Shown one piece after another: positions 13,661 to 27,070 of a DNA stretch of 64,000 bases. The position numbers and the translations under genes were made by a program. The first letter of the stretch is position 1; each line of letters begins with the position of its first letter. The notes under the pieces were generated by a model, which saw only the letters and a program-made list of their open reading frames with translations, ran no database searches and was not told where the DNA came from. The DNA is from Chrysomallon squamiferum (lineage: Eukaryota; Animalia; Mollusca): NCBI GenBank assembly GCA_012295275.1, contig CM022667.1:15872001-15936000 (forward strand), read 5' to 3'.

Positions 13661-13885
13661 AAAAATAACTGACTGATGGACGGACACGTTTAGTTTTATA
13701 TTTGTTTATGTTTCTATTTCCATTTCTTTTATGTAAATTCTGATATTTTTTTTTTTTATTTATTTTATTGTTATTATATATTTTTTTCTTTTTGTTGTTG
13801 TTATTCTTTTTTCGTTTCTCTTTCTTTTTTTTTTTAAGAATAAAGGCAAGGTTTCATTTTGTTATTCGCCGAATACAAAACACTG

Positions 13886-13916
<31 letters not shown>

Positions 13917-15405
13917 AAGAAAATTAAAAATTAATCAATTAAAATTGAAAACAAAAAAATAATAATATAAATAAAAAATGTTTTAGGCTATGAAAGAAAA
14001 TGAAACAGAAAAAAACAGACAGATATTAATATATGCATACCTTAAGATACGCCCATAACGGTTTTTGCTCATTAAGCGATATTTTTATTATTCTACCGTT
14101 GTAACTCATTCTAAAAGTTGTGCTTTTTTTTTTTTTCCAGCTAAGAAATAGGCAAGGTTTGCAAAATGCAAAATGTTTTAACAGAATAATAAGTAAATAA
14201 ATAAAACAAATTTAAAATATTAAAAAAACACATAGAATTAATATAACATAACTTAAAACGGTTTTTCTCATTAAGCGATATTTTTATTATTCTACCGTTC
14301 TAACTCATTCTAAAAATGCTATTCTTTTGGTCCGAAGTGTCAAATTTAAAATTTTTAACGATTTACAAAGTCACAGAGGAAAATTTACAACTATTATTTT
14401 CAGTTAAACAAATGAAGACTTTGAAAACAAGTTGTATGGTTTTAAAGTGAAAGTTAAAAAAACGGTTGACAATAGAGATTACTGTTTTATTAAGGGTCTC
14501 GTTGAAAAGGTGAACTAAGTTAATTTTTTCCCACAAAATTATTTTTCTTATAGTATGTCACGTACTTATGTTAACGCCTTCGTCCCCGTGTCCATGTTAG
14601 AGCTTTATGCTCTATATACTTGAATAAGAGGAAAAAGAATCAGTCATTTATTTGAAAGGAATTCAGATCTACACAAGTTTTATTTAAGTTAGTCATAAAC
14701 ACAAATTATCCTGGATTTAAGGATAAGGGCTAGATATCTATGCATATATATTCTGCATATTAGTTTTTATTTTTTTTATTTGTATTTTCTATGTATATTA
14801 TTATTATTATTATTTTTTTTTTTTTTTAAATGTATTAGTTGTACTTATTCCTACCGGGATAAAAATACTATCTAATATGCGTTATTTTTGTTATTTTTGT
14901 TGTTGAAACATTGCGAAACAATTAAATTGTCATATTCACTAAGCTATTTCTCATCAATTCGATACTCTTAAGATGTTTTATACCATTCTACCCACTGCTC
15001 ATTAAAAACTGCACAGGAAAGTACTGAGCGACGTCGTGTACGCGTTGGCCGGCGTTAAGCCCTCCCATTGCTTCATGACGTTGATTTTCAGTCGACCCAT
15101 TATAAGAGGATAAATTCTTTCTTTTGTTTTTGGATAATGTTGGTTCAGTGCATCAAAATGTGATTTCAATGCATCGGTATTGCACGCGCTTCTGCGACAG
15201 CACGAGCGCTCAGCGTCTGCACGTGCAGTACACTCAGCGAATGGCGATATGACAAACGGTGTTCTTTTCATTACCCAAAGCGACAGGGCGTATTCAGCTA
15301 ACATATTACCAAGTTTTATCACTTTATTTTAATTTATTTGGAAGCAACAGCCACTTAAAAAACTTGCTCAACTTTTTTGGTCAAGTATAATAATAAAATA
15401 AAAAA

Positions 15406-15436
<31 letters not shown>

Positions 15437-16695
15437 AACTTTGAGAGTATCCTAGTCAACGAAATAAGAACAAAGGCAAGCATACAAATAAAGTAAAATA
15501 AATAAATAAATAATAAATAAATAAATAAAAATAAAAAACAAAAACCACAAAAAATCCCAAAGCATAATCAGTTCTCTGTATTAGATATGATTTTTTTTTT
15601 TTTTTTTTTTTTATAGATTTACTTACTTATATACTCATTAACTTTTGTTTGCTAGTTTATTTATTCATTATAGGTTTCTTTATTATTACAAATACGGCAG
15701 CTGACAGAATGAAAGATGCAGCAAGTCTTCAGTTATTCACGTGATGTTGACGGCAAACAAATAATGGCTAGATGTAAATAAAACAGTCGCAGCAAAAATG
15801 TATTTAGTCCATTAAAACGTCAAGCAATACTACTATTTAAACATGATAATAATAATACTGAATCTTAATACATGTATAATATTATTTTCTGTTGTATCCA
15901 AATACTGTGAAATACGCCACGCATTAGCGAACTACAAAGCCAGCTACCACATTTCGATAAAATTCGAGAAATGATACTAATGAAATTCTGTGTGTGATCT
16001 CTTGGTGCGTGTTTTAATAATCATTATATTAAAAATAAGGAAATCAAGAAACAACAAAAGAAAGAAAAAAAAGGAAGAAAATTTTATAACGTTTAATATT
16101 AATGATGACTTGATAACTAATATGGACATTGCATAATAACGACCTGAAATATAAATTATGTTTTAATTAGATTTTAATATTACATGATGAAGTCGTTGAT
16201 TCATTAATGACAACAATAGCAGTAATGAAAAAATAGGCAAGTTTTAGAAAATAAAAAGATTTAAAATAAATTAGCGAAGAACAGAAAACGTGGATTATTA
16301 AAGATTCCACAAAATGTGTTTTGTAATGAAAGAAAGGGTGGGTGGGGTAGCTGCTGGTTCGCAGCATTCTTGGGTTTTCTACTGGAACAGAGAAAGGGGC
16401 TCGAGAGTTGGCTGATTTCCACAGATCAGAGGGCGCTTTAAACTTGCAGGGTCCAGGACATTAGCAACCAACACTATGCCTCTGGCAAGAATTACCTAAT
16501 CCGTTTAAGATCAAATAAAACGAATTAAACTTTAAGGTAAACCAAAGGCCTATGTTGACACTATTGTTCAATCGAAATCAAGTAACAGCTTGATTATAAG
16601 ACTAAAGATTTACTTTTGTTTCTAAATAATTGTTAAGTTCACATAACTAAAATAATATGGTAATAAAGGCACTGTATCACTGAAATTTAAAAACT

Positions 16696-16701
16696 TTTAT
16701 T
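16696..16701 (-). terminator. Candidate polyadenylation signal of copy B
   Basis: TTTATT (AATAAA on minus) in the same context as 8237-8242. Confidence 0.45.
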
Positions 16702-16804
16702 TCAGTAAAGTAAAGCTAAATAGTTTTATACCTCATGCACATAACATCATACTAATTGTTATGATAATAAAAATAATTAAAAAAATATATATACTCATTT
16801 CAGA

Positions 16805-16849
<45 letters not shown>

Positions 16850-16978
16850 AGTAATATTTATATATATCCTGCAAGTTACGTGTGTATGCTGTAAATGAAA
16901 ATAAATTGTAATCGTTTAGACTGTCTCTTCCAAAATATTTCCAGTTCCAAATCGTTCAGATAACACATTGTCAATCTA

Positions 16979-17021
<43 letters not shown>

Positions 17022-17127
17022 GTTGCTGTTGTTGTTGTTGCTGTTTTGAGTTGAAGGATGTCAGTATATATGTAAAGTATATGATTTTCTTTCAGCTGGA
17101 ATGTGCATAAAAATAGAAAACATATTA

Positions 17128-19239
17128 CTACAGTTTTAAAGTAATTTTCTGACCCATGCATGCCTCGGTTACAGCATCATGAACATCGTAAAAAACGTGG
17201 TTCTTAGGCAGAATGTCGTATATCTGTGATTTCTCCAACACCGACAGCATATAGCGACAACAGTTTGCTAAAAATATTTCTGTTCCCACTCGCTGGAATT
17301 GTGTGACTACCAGTTTAAGAACATTTACGCCAGCCATGTCAATGTAAGTCATAGCCGAACAATCAATGATAATGTGATGAATTGGATTTTCAGTTTCAAT
17401 TTCAATTGCCGTGTTATTACCATTTTCTTTCTCAGAGTCTTTGGCGGAATTTCTGTCTTTCAACCCATCAGCTTCCACAACAAAAGTTTTGCGATTTTTT
17501 TCATATTTTAAAGGATGATAGGTCTTCTGAAAGAGCTGGGACTTGAATCGTTCAGCGCTGGCGAAGAAAAGTGTTGTGCTGAAATAAAATATCTTAATTC
17601 CTTTAAGTTCTTTGATATCTTTATGATATTTTATGTCCAGATATACGTCCTCTTTTTCCGAGATGCCCACAAGCTGACCAGACGAAAACTGGCTCTGGAC
17701 GATGATTGAAAAGATGGAGACACCAATTCCAGCAATAAGTCCGATGTCCAGATCTACCAGGATGGATACAAGCGCCGTCGTCAGCCAAATGATGAAGTCT
17801 GCCTTGCTGATCTTCCAAAGAACTGGAAGCTGTTTTACCTGCAGAAGTAAATTCTTCATCGCCACCATAATCATCGCAGCAAGAACGGCGATAGGGAGTG
17901 ACACAAAGAGCTGTCCAGCGACCAGCAAAACAACCAGGATAAAGATGGCTGCCGGTACAGCATTCAGAGTGGTTTTAGATCCCAGAGAGCTGAGAATCAT
18001 CGACCTCGGTGGAGCGACACAGGTAGGAAAGCACTGAAAGAATGAAGACAGGATGTTTGTCGCTCCGTATGCCACTAATTCCTGATTGCTGTCCACTTCG
18101 TAGTCGTGTAGAGCTGCACAAAGCTTCGCCATGGAGATCGTCATCGCAAATACGAGAATAGCAATGATGAAACTGTCCTGAGCGATTCTGGTCGTCACTG
18201 TTAAATCTGGGAGACTTGGCACGGGCATTCCTGAAGGAATAAATCCAACAACGTGCATCCCAAATCTTCTGTTGAATTCTGCAAAGTGGGAAATTATCGT
18301 CGCAATTATGACAATTATCAGATCAATAGGAATAGGCATTTTCAGTTTCTTTCCGTAGCGTTCGTTGATACCGACCTTGACCCCCAGCAAAATGGCAATG
18401 CTGATCACTCCTATCACGAAATCGGCTATGTTTGTGCTTCCTAGGTTTGAAAATATGTCCACGTACATTAAAACGATTTTGCCAGCTCCTGGTTTACTTT
18501 TTATACTTAATCCAAACAGTTTGCTGACTTGACTGGTTGTTATGTGAAACGATGCTGCTGTTGTGAATCCGCCGACAAAGGATACGGCAAGATAGTTTGT
18601 GATGAACCCGAGTCTGAACACACCCATTGCCAGTAGAAATAATCCCGTCAGAAACGTTACAGCCATTGCTACTCCTACTTTATACTGCAGTATCGTGTTC
18701 TCGATATCTTCACCAGATTCTGTTACATTGGAAGAATTACCGTCACCGCCGAACTTTAAATCAGATTCTCTGTCAACTATGGAAGCTGTAAGAAGAGCAA
18801 TAACTGCATTGGTCCCAAAAGAGACATGCTGACTGGTTCCAAATATGGCGTAGAAAGCGATCGCAAAGAAGGTGCTGTATAAACCGTGCACAGCTCTGAG
18901 TGATGCCAGGATTCCGAAGCCTATGCCTTGAGGAAAATGCATGAAAGATACAGACAAACCGGCCATGAAGTCGCCAAGTAAATTTTGTCTCCAGTTATAA
19001 CGCTTGATGACTAGCAAGACTGGCAACAAAGAAATGAAACCGCGAAGGATGCTACTTTTGGAACACTGACATTTCTTTCTAAAGCGATCTTTTATCGACT
19101 TCGGGGTCGGCGCCTTGTGATAGGTTCTGTCCAGTTTGTTTTGAGTGTACACTCGACGTTTAATGGTCACGGTGTCCAGCATGTCGTCCGACGTTTTCTC
19201 GTCCAGCGGAACGTCCATGTTTGCCAAAGAGTTCGGAAC
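17128..19239 (-). CDS. SLC26/SulP anion transporter copy B, main coding exon (intact; 712 aa together with the micro-exon)
   Basis: Uninterrupted ORF with sulfate-transporter TM domain and complete STAS domain. Begins at acceptor tttgcAG|GTT (AG at 19241-19240) and ends ITLKL-stop. Orthology to a specific vertebrate SLC26A gene cannot be assigned by eye. Confidence 0.95.
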   Translation of the reverse strand, partial: VPNSLANMDVPLDEKTSDDMLDTVTIKRRVYTQNKLDRTYHKAPTPKSIKDRFRKKCQCSKSSILRGFISLLPVLLVIKRYNWRQNLLGDFMAGLSVSFMHFPQGIGFGILASLRAVHGLYSTFFAIAFYAIFGTSQHVSFGTNAVIALLTASIVDRESDLKFGGDGNSSNVTESGEDIENTILQYKVGVAMAVTFLTGLFLLAMGVFRLGFITNYLAVSFVGGFTTAASFHITTSQVSKLFGLSIKSKPGAGKIVLMYVDIFSNLGSTNIADFVIGVISIAILLGVKVGINERYGKKLKMPIPIDLIIVIIATIISHFAEFNRRFGMHVVGFIPSGMPVPSLPDLTVTTRIAQDSFIIAILVFAMTISMAKLCAALHDYEVDSNQELVAYGATNILSSFFQCFPTCVAPPRSMILSSLGSKTTLNAVPAAIFILVVLLVAGQLFVSLPIAVLAAMIMVAMKNLLLQVKQLPVLWKISKADFIIWLTTALVSILVDLDIGLIAGIGVSIFSIIVQSQFSSGQLVGISEKEDVYLDIKYHKDIKELKGIKIFYFSTTLFFASAERFKSQLFQKTYHPLKYEKNRKTFVVEADGLKDRNSAKDSEKENGNNTAIEIETENPIHHIIIDCSAMTYIDMAGVNVLKLVVTQFQRVGTEIFLANCCRYMLSVLEKSQIYDILPKNHVFYDVHDAVTEACMGQKITLKL

Positions 19240-19769
19240 CTGCAAATAGACGAATTTGTTCTAAATTTAAAAAGTTATTTAACAAAGCTTTCTGATACGA
19301 AAGTTACATTATTCTATTTTAAATCACTATATAATTATATACATTTTATTTCCAAAAAAATCAAGTCATGTGAAATAGTAATTTTATCAGTGTTTTACAG
19401 AATAGAATACAAGGTGCTAAAATACAAGGTGATAAATAAAATAAGAGCTGGAAAAAAGTAGAGGAGTAAAAAGAAGGTATTAATGTTCAAGAAATCATTG
19501 TGTTGAGAAAGAGAAGAGACAAATGCTGACAAAATAAAAATGAATACGTGTCTGGATAGGATAGGGGTGGAGATAAGTGTATAAGAACAAAACTTAGTTA
19601 CGTGTGGGTATAGATGTACATGTGAGAAAAGTATTGACTATATTGTTTTCTGTAACACATCACCGTCGACAAGTTTATAGACAGACTTAGTTTACTGTAA
19701 AGAAATATACACTGCTCTCGAGATAATTTAAAACTGTGTTTATGTACAACATTTTATTTTATATAATTC

Positions 19770-19845
<76 letters not shown>

Positions 19846-22624
19846 TCGTCCTAAGAAGTATTATTTTTTTAACTAGATGTTTTGCGTACTAGTAAATACC
19901 TTTAATGAATTTATATACTCTTCAAGAAAAGTAATGGAACTCTAATAGGAATGAACAGTTGTTTAGATTGTACGGTTTGTCAGCTGTGGGAATAGATATT
20001 TGATATTAGTAAATCAACTGGGCAAACTTTATTTCTAAATATTAAACTGATGATGAGTACAGAACTTCTAAAAGTATTCTTTGTAGTTCAGTTCATTCAT
20101 TCATGTCTTCATACTATTGTCCCTTTCATTCAAATAATGTTTGGTAGCTGAACATTTTTAAAATGTGTTTTTTAAACTGATCCATATATAGAATTAAATT
20201 TTTTAAATAATATATTATTATTCAAGCATTCATCAAGCAATATTTTCAAAGTATTTTTTACTTATTTTAGGTGTGTGTGCCAAAAACACAAAAACAAAAC
20301 AAGAACAAATATAAATTAAATTATATCGGCGATACTTTTTGAAGTAAATGCTAGCTGAAATGCAATACATTGCAGTCTGACTTGAACTTTGCACTATAGT
20401 ATGACAGGAATAAGACAAACTTTGTCTCATACAGATCGAAAGGGCAAAGTACATCCTTTTTCCCTTTCTTTTCTTTTTTCTTGTTAACTCTCTTTTTTGT
20501 TTTGTTTTGTTTTATTTTTTCTTTCTTTCTTTCTTTCTTTTTTCTTTTCTTTTGTTTTAGTTTTTATTTATTTATTTATTTGTTTTATCTTTTATTTAAT
20601 TTTTTTTATTAAATATGAAAATCGATCAGAATCAGACAAATTCATGTGCGATAAAATGGCAGGTTTATAGAAAAAAGTGACAAGTTCGTTAGTTGTTGTT
20701 TTTTTCTCCAGTTTTTAAAGCATTAAGAACGGAAAAAAAAAAACGGTCCTTACCACATAGCAACAATTTAGCATTAAAATGCTAGTGGTTTCGATGAAAA
20801 TGTAAAATAAAATGAAATAAAATAAACTAATAAATAAATAAATAAATCAGTGGATGATGAAAAAACCAATCAATCTTTACAACTTCAGCGGACATTCGAC
20901 GGACATGTAAATAAATATATTAAAACGTTCTAATTCTAAAAATTAACAGTAATACATACTTAAATAAATAAATAAATAGAAAAACAATTTCTTCAAAATT
21001 CTTTTTCTTTGGAAATATTTTCTGTATTTTTATATATATATACTAGCATATAACTTGTGAACATGAAAAAGATTATCCATTTAACATAAATAAAATAAAT
21101 TTTAAAAATAGCAGTCTTGGCTCACATTAATTGAACTTTATAAAGAATAAAAGCTGCAAAATTATTTCAAATATCAAGTTGTAAGTTCTGTCCCTTTTGT
21201 AAAGGCTCCGTAAAACAATTAAAAAACCCCACTATATCTGATTTATTCAATCGTTAATACAATCATCATTCTTCTCTTTGACCATTTTCCTCTATCAATG
21301 AGTTTTTGTACTAACAGAAAAACGGACAGAATTAAAGGTCATTAACTCAGAATAATGCATTATTTTATTTCTACACAGGTTAACTTTAATAAATACATTT
21401 TCTATTTAACTAAGCAAAAAAAAATAAATAAATAAATAAACTGAAATCATCCAGTTTAAAAATTTTCGCTAAATGTGCTAAGTTGAAACCGCAATTTATA
21501 TAAGCAGCCACTATGGTCACAAAATAAATTACTGTGACCTGCGTTCTCCACTGGAAAACGTCACAAGATATTCAGTCGTTATAGTAGTACTATCAGTGTT
21601 GAATACTTGTAATATATTATGTTTTATTAAACCCTTTATTTAGTTTTGAGGCGTAACATACGAATTCAAACCCTACAGATTAACGCCAACATCATTTGAC
21701 GACAAATAGAGAAAATCAAATTTTTTATTTACTTTTTCAGTTGAATCACATTTTCTGAAACCACTTGTTTACATTTCTGGCCCTCTTTCTTATTGTGCGA
21801 ATTTGAGTATAAATTTAAAAAGAAAAACTATATATGTTGTTAAGAGTTTTCAAAAGGTTTCAAAATCCTTCTTGATCGAAGATATTTTTATTTTCTGCTT
21901 TCAAAGGTATATAGTAAATACAATACGCGGGATTTTAAGAACAAATTCTTTTCACCGGTAAATGCAATTGAATTATCCTTACAGTAACGCTAAATAAAAT
22001 ATTTCACATCTTTATTTAATTTAGTCCACTATGGCTAAACATTATGTTAATACATAATTCTTTCTCCCATCTGTTTGGATTGTTTCTAACAAACCCTAAT
22101 TTCTTCTTGTCCAGGGTTAGGTAAAAATATATATATATATATATATATAATTACTGTTCTCACTGAATAATGTGAAACGAGTAGAAAGAACTAAATGATG
22201 ACAACAAAAATGTCTAAAATATAGAAGTGAAAATGCGTATGTTTGTATGTCTGTGTGTTTATTATTAGCTAATAACAAATATAGATATCTTTTTACTCTG
22301 TAACTGAACAAATTAGGTTTATTAGTGATAGTCGTTGTCGTATGCTGCATTTATAATTTAAATACAAAAACACAGTTACAATCACTAATATAACTGCTAC
22401 TGTTACCACTACTACCAATACTGCTACTTCTACCTTTATTAAACAACTACTTATTTTACTACTACTGCTACTGTGATAACAATGACAACGACCATGTTAT
22501 TTCTGTCACCATCCCACGGCGGCAGTCAATGTGTGTGTTATTGTTTCTTACACTGTGAATCTGTCCTCTGCTTAGAGGCAACAGTGTAGTTTTATTATTA
22601 CTTTCTCTTAGCTTTTCTTTTACC

Positions 22625-22708
<84 letters not shown>

Positions 22709-23209
22709 TTTGTTCTTTTTTTTTCCCTGAAAGGTTTAATGACATTTTTTGATTTGGCATGTCTAGAAGACCCTTTTGAAAACACACTCAAGACTTAATT
22801 TATGCACACTGACGATGAGTATTTTTTTTACACTACTGTTACTGTTACTTCTACAATATTCACTACGGTAATTAGATTAGTCTATTAAAAATGCAGGTTT
22901 GTATACAGGATTCACATGGGATCAACCAGATATGCCGTTTTAGACAAAATGCTCGTCTGTAGACAATAAAATGACATGATACTGGAATATGATCTTTTAC
23001 GAATCTTACAAATCAACGTCTATCGAGTGTCAGCTGAGAAATAGTCTGTCACTGATGACTGGGTGGTGACGTTTTTTTTTTTTTTTTTTTTACTTTTTTT
23101 TTTTTCTTTTTTTTTTCATATTTCTCTCCAAAGCTATCTCCAGTGTCAGGGCCTCAGTGTTTAACCCCGGCAAAGTCTTTATTATTTTCTCTTTTTTATC
23201 TTCAAAATT

Positions 23210-23252
<43 letters not shown>

Positions 23253-23256
23253 TTAC

Positions 23257-23328
<72 letters not shown>

Positions 23329-24252
23329 CGGTATATATAATTTTTTTTAAAGTTCAAAATAGCCATGCATTTTTCATCCATTTTCTTCAACAATTACAAG
23401 AACAGATTAATGCGAACGGCCAGTGTTATTTCCATGAAATTATATTTATTAATAAATCATGTGACCAACTGCATGAATAACCTAGCTTAAACCATCCATA
23501 GGTATATCTTTCTGTTTAAACAGTGGATCTGATGAAAACTTTTTCATTAATTTTGCTTTAGAAAGTTCGGTACGTTGCTGTTTTTTTTTCTGTTGCTTTG
23601 ACATCACGACTAAGACAATGAAAAATATGCGCTATACGTAATTATGCCCATTTCTGTTTTTGACGTTAAATCTAAATGAGGGAATTTATTTTTGGCATCA
23701 ACACACACTAATAATAATCTTGTTTATTTAGCTGTGTATAGTAATTACAAAGAAGCACGATCATTTCACATCACGGAGTCGCCCAATTTCGGTCAAATTG
23801 CCGCTGTTGCTTAAGAAGTAATCGTACTTGCATAACTTGCATACTTGCAGATGTTGACAAAACTAATTACTATATAATTTGTTGATAAATCATTAATCAG
23901 CTATAGGGACAACCTAATTTCACTAGTTTATTTTTAACAATGTCACCTGCAGCTGAATAACCCGTCTCGCGGAAAGAATATTTTTTTAAAAGAAGAAAAT
24001 GAACAGATCGCTTTAAATGTTCTGTCCAAAGGAGTGAAATAAATATCGGTTACGGTGCAAGTGGTTATAAACCAGTGCTTGGCTGAGTTATACGGTGCAA
24101 AATGATTGTTTCAACTATTCGTGATATTACTGTTTCATAAATCTATTTTTTAAACACCATATGCTTTATTTTTTATTTTATTTTTTTTTTTTTTTTTTTA
24201 AAACCTGATTACAAAACACGATAAATTGGAAGAAAAATAAATCGAAACTTAC

Positions 24253-24279
24253 CAGCAACTTTTCGTTTTCGCCCTTCAT
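24253..24279 (-). CDS. SLC26 copy B, first coding micro-exon (MKGENEKLL); whole exon predicted 24253-24283
   Basis: Reverse complement reads atgtcAG|tacaATGAAGGGCGAAAACGAAAAGTTGCTG|GTAAGT. Phase 0, in frame with the 19239 exon. Confidence 0.8.
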
Positions 24280-24376
24280 TGTACTGACATAGATGGTAAA
24301 AGAAAAATAATATTGGTTTAGGAACACTTCGGCAGATTAAGTTTTAATATTAAGAGCTGCATTTTGTTAAATATAT

Positions 24377-24422
<46 letters not shown>

Positions 24423-25810
24423 CCAGACATACATACATACATATCTTCAGAATGTTCCTTTAAAAGACTCGGCTATCAAATCTAATAATTCGTTCTAAGT
24501 CTATTCAATTAAAAATAAATTGAATTTGAAATCCTAGACCAAATTAGACCAAGAGCTAAATATTAAAATACTTTCTTCTTCTGTCACTGAACACTTTTTA
24601 TGGACTTTGAAAATAATGTAGCATGATTCTATAATTATGTAGTATGATTTGTAAATGTAATCATGTCACCTGTTCAATAGTACGTAGATAGAGACACGAA
24701 CCGTCTCAGGCATTAATTGCAGAAAATAACCTCGTTTTAAGAATGTAAACATCAGTTAAATGCAGAAACAGTCATAGGTGTATAGGTTTGTGAGTGCATA
24801 TGTGTGTATATATGTGTGTTGTGTGTTTATGTGCGTGTTTGGGTGTGTTTCATTACTGAGAGATAGACAGATAGAGAGTTAGGCGGATTGAAACATGGAC
24901 AACAGAAACACATACACACAAAACACACCCATAGTAAGTCAGACAGTCAGTACAAAGTTAAACAGAAGGACAAAAATATAAATTTAAAAAAGAACAAGAA
25001 CAAAAAGCGTTAGTTTATAGTTACACACACACGTATACACAGACAAAATAAAATGTAACACAGAAAACATTTCGGCAGAGTAATACATATATAAAACTCC
25101 CACACGTCACATACATACATGTAGTTTTTCACATACAAAGAAAACTTTCAGACTATATGTAGAAATAAACTTTCATATGCTAAAGAATTGAATAGACCAC
25201 TCTGGGATCTGAACTGAAATTAACTTCACATTTGTGTATCGTTTTAATTTGTATTTCTGTACGGTCAGTCATTTGAATTGATAGACGAATGTAAATATTG
25301 ATAATTTTTATTTTTAAAAAGATCGCTGTTGTCGTGCTTTTTAAAAATACTTTTGCTTGTCATAACAGAGTGATATTAAGATAGGTGTCTGCATTGCTGA
25401 GTGACATATTCACGTGCTCTTCTTTGTCTAGCCAAGGTTCTTACGTTTCAAGTGTATTATGATAGCTTATCAGATTATCAACGAGCGTGAAATAGGCTAG
25501 AGTACGGACATGTGTAACGAAATATTTACATTATCTGTTTATCTCCAGCTATTTCTAACTGTTTGCACTGCATGCACATCTTTATGCCTGGCTCTCTATC
25601 CATTTTCATATATTTATACATATAAGTCCCTCTATTAGTCCCTCAGTTTGTTTTTCTATCTGTTTCTCTCTGTCTATCTATTTTTCTATGTTTATCCATT
25701 TGTATGTATCAGTAATTACATGTGTGTGTTTCTGTCTCTCTGTTAAAGTGTTTCTATATTTATCTCTCTAACTAGTAGTTCCGTTTTTTTTTCTAATTCT
25801 ATTATCTTTT

Positions 25811-25885
<75 letters not shown>

Positions 25886-25888
25886 GTC

Positions 25889-25923
<35 letters not shown>

Positions 25924-26543
25924 CATATAAATATTTGGATTGAACAGGTTGTCAAAATATAAATATAATTAGTACTTTTAAAACAAAATATCTTTACATA
26001 TTTAAATAAAATTGGTAGCACTGGAATACAAAATGTGAAACTAGAATCGGACTTTTTGACACTGCGATTTAAAGACTGAATTTTGAGACTACCATTTCCT
26101 AGTTGATAAAGTGAAAATGAAATCACACCAACGTTAACCGTAACATTTATAATTTATTTTTCTACCATAACCTGACCGGCGATATTTGAATAAATATAAC
26201 ACCTCAAAAATGTATTAATGTTTGTATTTTTTTCATCATTTTTGACATCAGAGGATCCGTAGAGCGAAAAATAAAGTTACAATGGCGGAAACAGACATTC
26301 AGATAGATACGCATCAAGTGCAGTTAAGAACTTCGCTGACAGTTAACCAACTGATGGGTTGCTACTTACTAAATTGTTTCCTACAGACAATAATATTAAC
26401 AATGGTCTAAGCAATACAGTTTTAAAATTGTAATACAGCTATTTATAATTTTACTTAAAAAGAAAGACAGAGTATATCAATTTTAAAAATAAGCATCATA
26501 TCTATATTAATACCAATACTGAAATAAATGAAAAATGTAAAAT

Positions 26544-26630
<87 letters not shown>

Positions 26631-26845
26631 GCAGCAACGAGAACAACGAAACAATAATAATAATGACTATAACAATAGCAGTAGCAATAACAACAACAAC
26701 AACAATAATAATAATAATTATAATAATTTTAAAAATAAATTTAATAAATAAAGATGTAAAAAGTAACAGAGAAAAGCAATGTTCATTGTTTTTATCCATG
26801 GTATTTGTATTGAAATTATAAGTAAATAAATAAATTATTAATGAA

Positions 26846-26885
<40 letters not shown>

Positions 26886-27030
26886 AATATTTAAAAACGA
26901 ATGTAATACACGGTACAAATAATTATCACACAAATTAAAAATTTCGCGACAGTCGGTTTTAGTTGTTGATACACGAATATTATTGTACACTGATCATATT
27001 GTATAACTATTATAATTATTTGATACTTAC

Positions 27031-27070
27031 GGTTTTGGTAGAATCTTCTCGCTGACAAATTTAAAAATTT
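27031..27070 (-). other. Copy B non-coding exon 2 (proximal cassette)
   Basis: tttcatttcAG|40 nt|GTAAGT, homologous to 222-261. Confidence 0.7.
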
